Below, in pieces: positions 50,393-52,201 of a DNA stretch of 52,201 nt. The stretch covers positions 1 through 52,201 of the forward strand of contig CAMRVD010000003.1 in assembly GCA_947054085.1 (NCBI GenBank), given 5' to 3'. The stretch's first letter is position 1. Each line of letters opens with the position of its first letter. The notes beneath the pieces were generated by a model, which had not been told where the DNA came from, made no database searches, and worked only from the letters and a program-made list of their open reading frames with translations. The DNA is from an uncultured Clostridia bacterium (GTDB taxonomy: Bacteria > Bacillota > Clostridia > Christensenellales > UBA1242). The position numbers and the translations under genes are program-made.

Positions 50393-51364
50393 ATGACAAA
50401 ACAAGAAATTATTAATCAATTAAATGCCATATATGCTTCTAGAAGAACTCGAGCAGAAACAATTGCACAAATAAATATAAATAAAGCAAGGCAAAATAAA
50501 GACTATTTCGAAGTTGAAAAAAGTATTAAAAGATTATCTTTTGAAGTTGGAAAAGCTGAGGCTTTTGGAAGCAAAGACCTAGCAAAACAAAAAAGTAAAG
50601 AACTTATTTTAGAGCGTATAAAAAGCGAAAAGATTCTTGCTAATATTGGTTTAAATAATGGAGATTTAGTACCTAAATATGCATGTAAAAATTGCTCAGA
50701 TACCGGCAAAATTAATGGTAAACTATGCGAATGCTATAAAAAAGAACTTTACAATATGCTTTTAAAAAATAGCGGAGCAAAAACCAATCTTGCAAGCTTT
50801 AAGGATTTTAATTTAAGTCTTATTACCGAAACTTCGCAAAAAGAACAGCTTAGCAAAATAAAAAACTTATTTTTGTCTTGGGTAGATAATTACCCAAAAG
50901 TAGATACTCATACTTTTTTATTTTGTGGCACAGCCGGTGTTGGCAAAACTTTTATGACCGAATGTATAGCAAAAGCCATGATTGACAAAGGCTACTTAGT
51001 TTCGTTTATATCTAGTTTAGGTTTAAACGAAAATTTTTTAAAGTATCACACTACTTTTGACCAAAATAAACAAAGTTTTTTTGATATGTTTTTAGAGCCC
51101 GAACTACTAGTTATCGACGACCTAGGAACAGAACAAATATTAAAAAATGTTACCATAAATTATTTAGTAGCTCTTTTAAACGAAAGAAACAATTTAAATA
51201 AAGCAACAATCATAACAACAAATCTTAATTTAAATGATATTTTAGAACGCTATGGCGAAAGAGTTTTTAGCCGAATTGCAAACAAAGCAGACAGCAAAAT
51301 GTTTATTATAAAAGGCGAAGACTTAAGGCTTAAAACTCCCCCTAAAAATAGCAATAAAAAGTAA
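50393..51364 (+). CDS. DnaC/DnaI-like helicase loader ATPase
   Basis: CKNCSDTG..CEC zinc motif, GTAGVGKT, LLVIDDLGTE, TIITTNL, ERVFSRI. Confidence 0.88.
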   Translation: MTKQEIINQLNAIYASRRTRAETIAQININKARQNKDYFEVEKSIKRLSFEVGKAEAFGSKDLAKQKSKELILERIKSEKILANIGLNNGDLVPKYACKNCSDTGKINGKLCECYKKELYNMLLKNSGAKTNLASFKDFNLSLITETSQKEQLSKIKNLFLSWVDNYPKVDTHTFLFCGTAGVGKTFMTECIAKAMIDKGYLVSFISSLGLNENFLKYHTTFDQNKQSFFDMFLEPELLVIDDLGTEQILKNVTINYLVALLNERNNLNKATIITTNLNLNDILERYGERVFSRIANKADSKMFIIKGEDLRLKTPPKNSNKK

Positions 51365-51365
51365 C

Positions 51366-51401
51366 AAAACAAATCCTCTATTTTATAGAGGATTTGTTTT
51401 A
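51366..51401. terminator. Bidirectional terminator
   Basis: AAAACAAATCCTCTAT-TTT-ATAGAGGATTTGTTTT. Confidence 0.85.
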
Positions 51402-51428
51402 TTTTGTATAAAAATTAAAAATTTAGCA

Positions 51429-52103
51429 CTAAATTAACATTTTAATTAAATATATAATAATTAGATGTGCAGGATAATATCCGTAAAATAGATATTTAAA
51501 TTTAAACTTTCCACGTTTGCCATTATAAAGTAAAATTGGTAACACAGCAAGCAAACTAAACCATTGCAATGGGTTAAATATGCTAAGCAATATTAGCCCT
51601 ACGCTAAGCATTATTATTTTTAGACTTCGTTTACTAAACAAACTTACAAGTGGTGCTAATAGAACTCCAATAAACCCATAATCTACCTTTACAAAAAATG
51701 TAAATATATAAATTACTGTTACTGCTAATAGTACGTAAACTATTCCCGTAACTTTCGCACTTGTATTATTGTCACTTATACTCTTTTTTATAAATTGAAT
51801 TAAATAAATTATAATTATAGACAAACTAAAGGTCAGCAAAATATTTAAGATATTGTCATTTGCTAAAAATATATTAATAAGCTGACAAGCCAGCCCTAAT
51901 CCTAGGATTGTAAAAAAATATCTATATTTATTTTTTGTATAAACACACCCTTCTGCGATAAAGTATGCATAAATTGGAAATGCAAGTCTGCCAATAAGCC
52001 TTAATATTAAAACATCCGGAAACAATATGTACCCTATATGATCTATAGTCATACTAACTAGAGCAATAAGTTTAATAAAATTACCAGAAAAAAATTTTAT
52101 CAT
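51429..52103 (-). CDS. TraX-family membrane protein (putative acyltransferase)
   Basis: KLIALVSMTIDHIG, IGRLAFPIYAY..EG, YNGKRG, FYGYYPAHL. Confidence 0.85.
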   Translation of the reverse strand: MIKFFSGNFIKLIALVSMTIDHIGYILFPDVLILRLIGRLAFPIYAYFIAEGCVYTKNKYRYFFTILGLGLACQLINIFLANDNILNILLTFSLSIIIIYLIQFIKKSISDNNTSAKVTGIVYVLLAVTVIYIFTFFVKVDYGFIGVLLAPLVSLFSKRSLKIIMLSVGLILLSIFNPLQWFSLLAVLPILLYNGKRGKFKFKYLFYGYYPAHLIIIYLIKMLI

Positions 52104-52201
52104 GCTCTATATATATCATAATCACTTGTTTAATAACAACTAAAGCTAAAATATTTATAAATTTTTGTATAATTTGGGCAAATTTAAATTTTATGTAGAA
52201 T

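Noticed and set aside
48946-51364. DnaD plus DnaC-like pair as a prophage or plasmid replication module
   Set aside because: It matches the usual clostridial chromosomal pair; there are no iterons, phage genes or integrase.
51429-52103. TraX as evidence of a conjugative element
   Set aside because: No other tra, relaxase or T4SS genes are nearby, and stand-alone TraX-family genes are common on chromosomes.
1-52201. DGR template repeat or reverse transcriptase within the window
   Set aside because: By eye, I found no second copy of the 41845-41928 anchors, no AAC-rich non-coding tract and no ORF with RT motifs.

Overview
A low-GC Bacillota (Clostridia-like, probably uncultured gut lineage) chromosomal segment. 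Its core is the minus-strand S10-spc-alpha ribosomal superoperon (rpsJ to rplQ), plus rpmG-secE-nusG-rplK-rplA, tsaD, prfB, secA, comF, hisS, miaA, rlmD, a DnaD/DnaC-like pair, ung, alkD-like, htrA-like and acpP. Three small CDSs missing from the ORF track were added (rpmJ, rpmG, a 36-aa ORF upstream of miaA), as was a frameshifted XRE gene. I saw no rRNA, tRNA, CRISPR array, integrase or transposase. Top signals: (1) a stand-alone 235-aa gene with a DUF6273/CLec-like motif whose DNA looks like a diversity-generating-retroelement variable region, placed internally, with no RT or template repeat in the window and bracketed by duplicated terminators. (2) A family of dispersed, modular intergenic hairpins with variable arms, a conserved tandem-GA/TTAC-N6-GTAAAT core, strand-biased G-T wobbles and one nested copy. 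(3) Long Ala/Lys/Thr tails on L30, L24 and L29. (4) Several apparently leaderless genes. (5) No TGA stop in 63 genes, with a prfB lacking the programmed frameshift. (6) Two large orphan/surface genes interrupting normally conserved gene orders. All family assignments are by eye; no searches were run.
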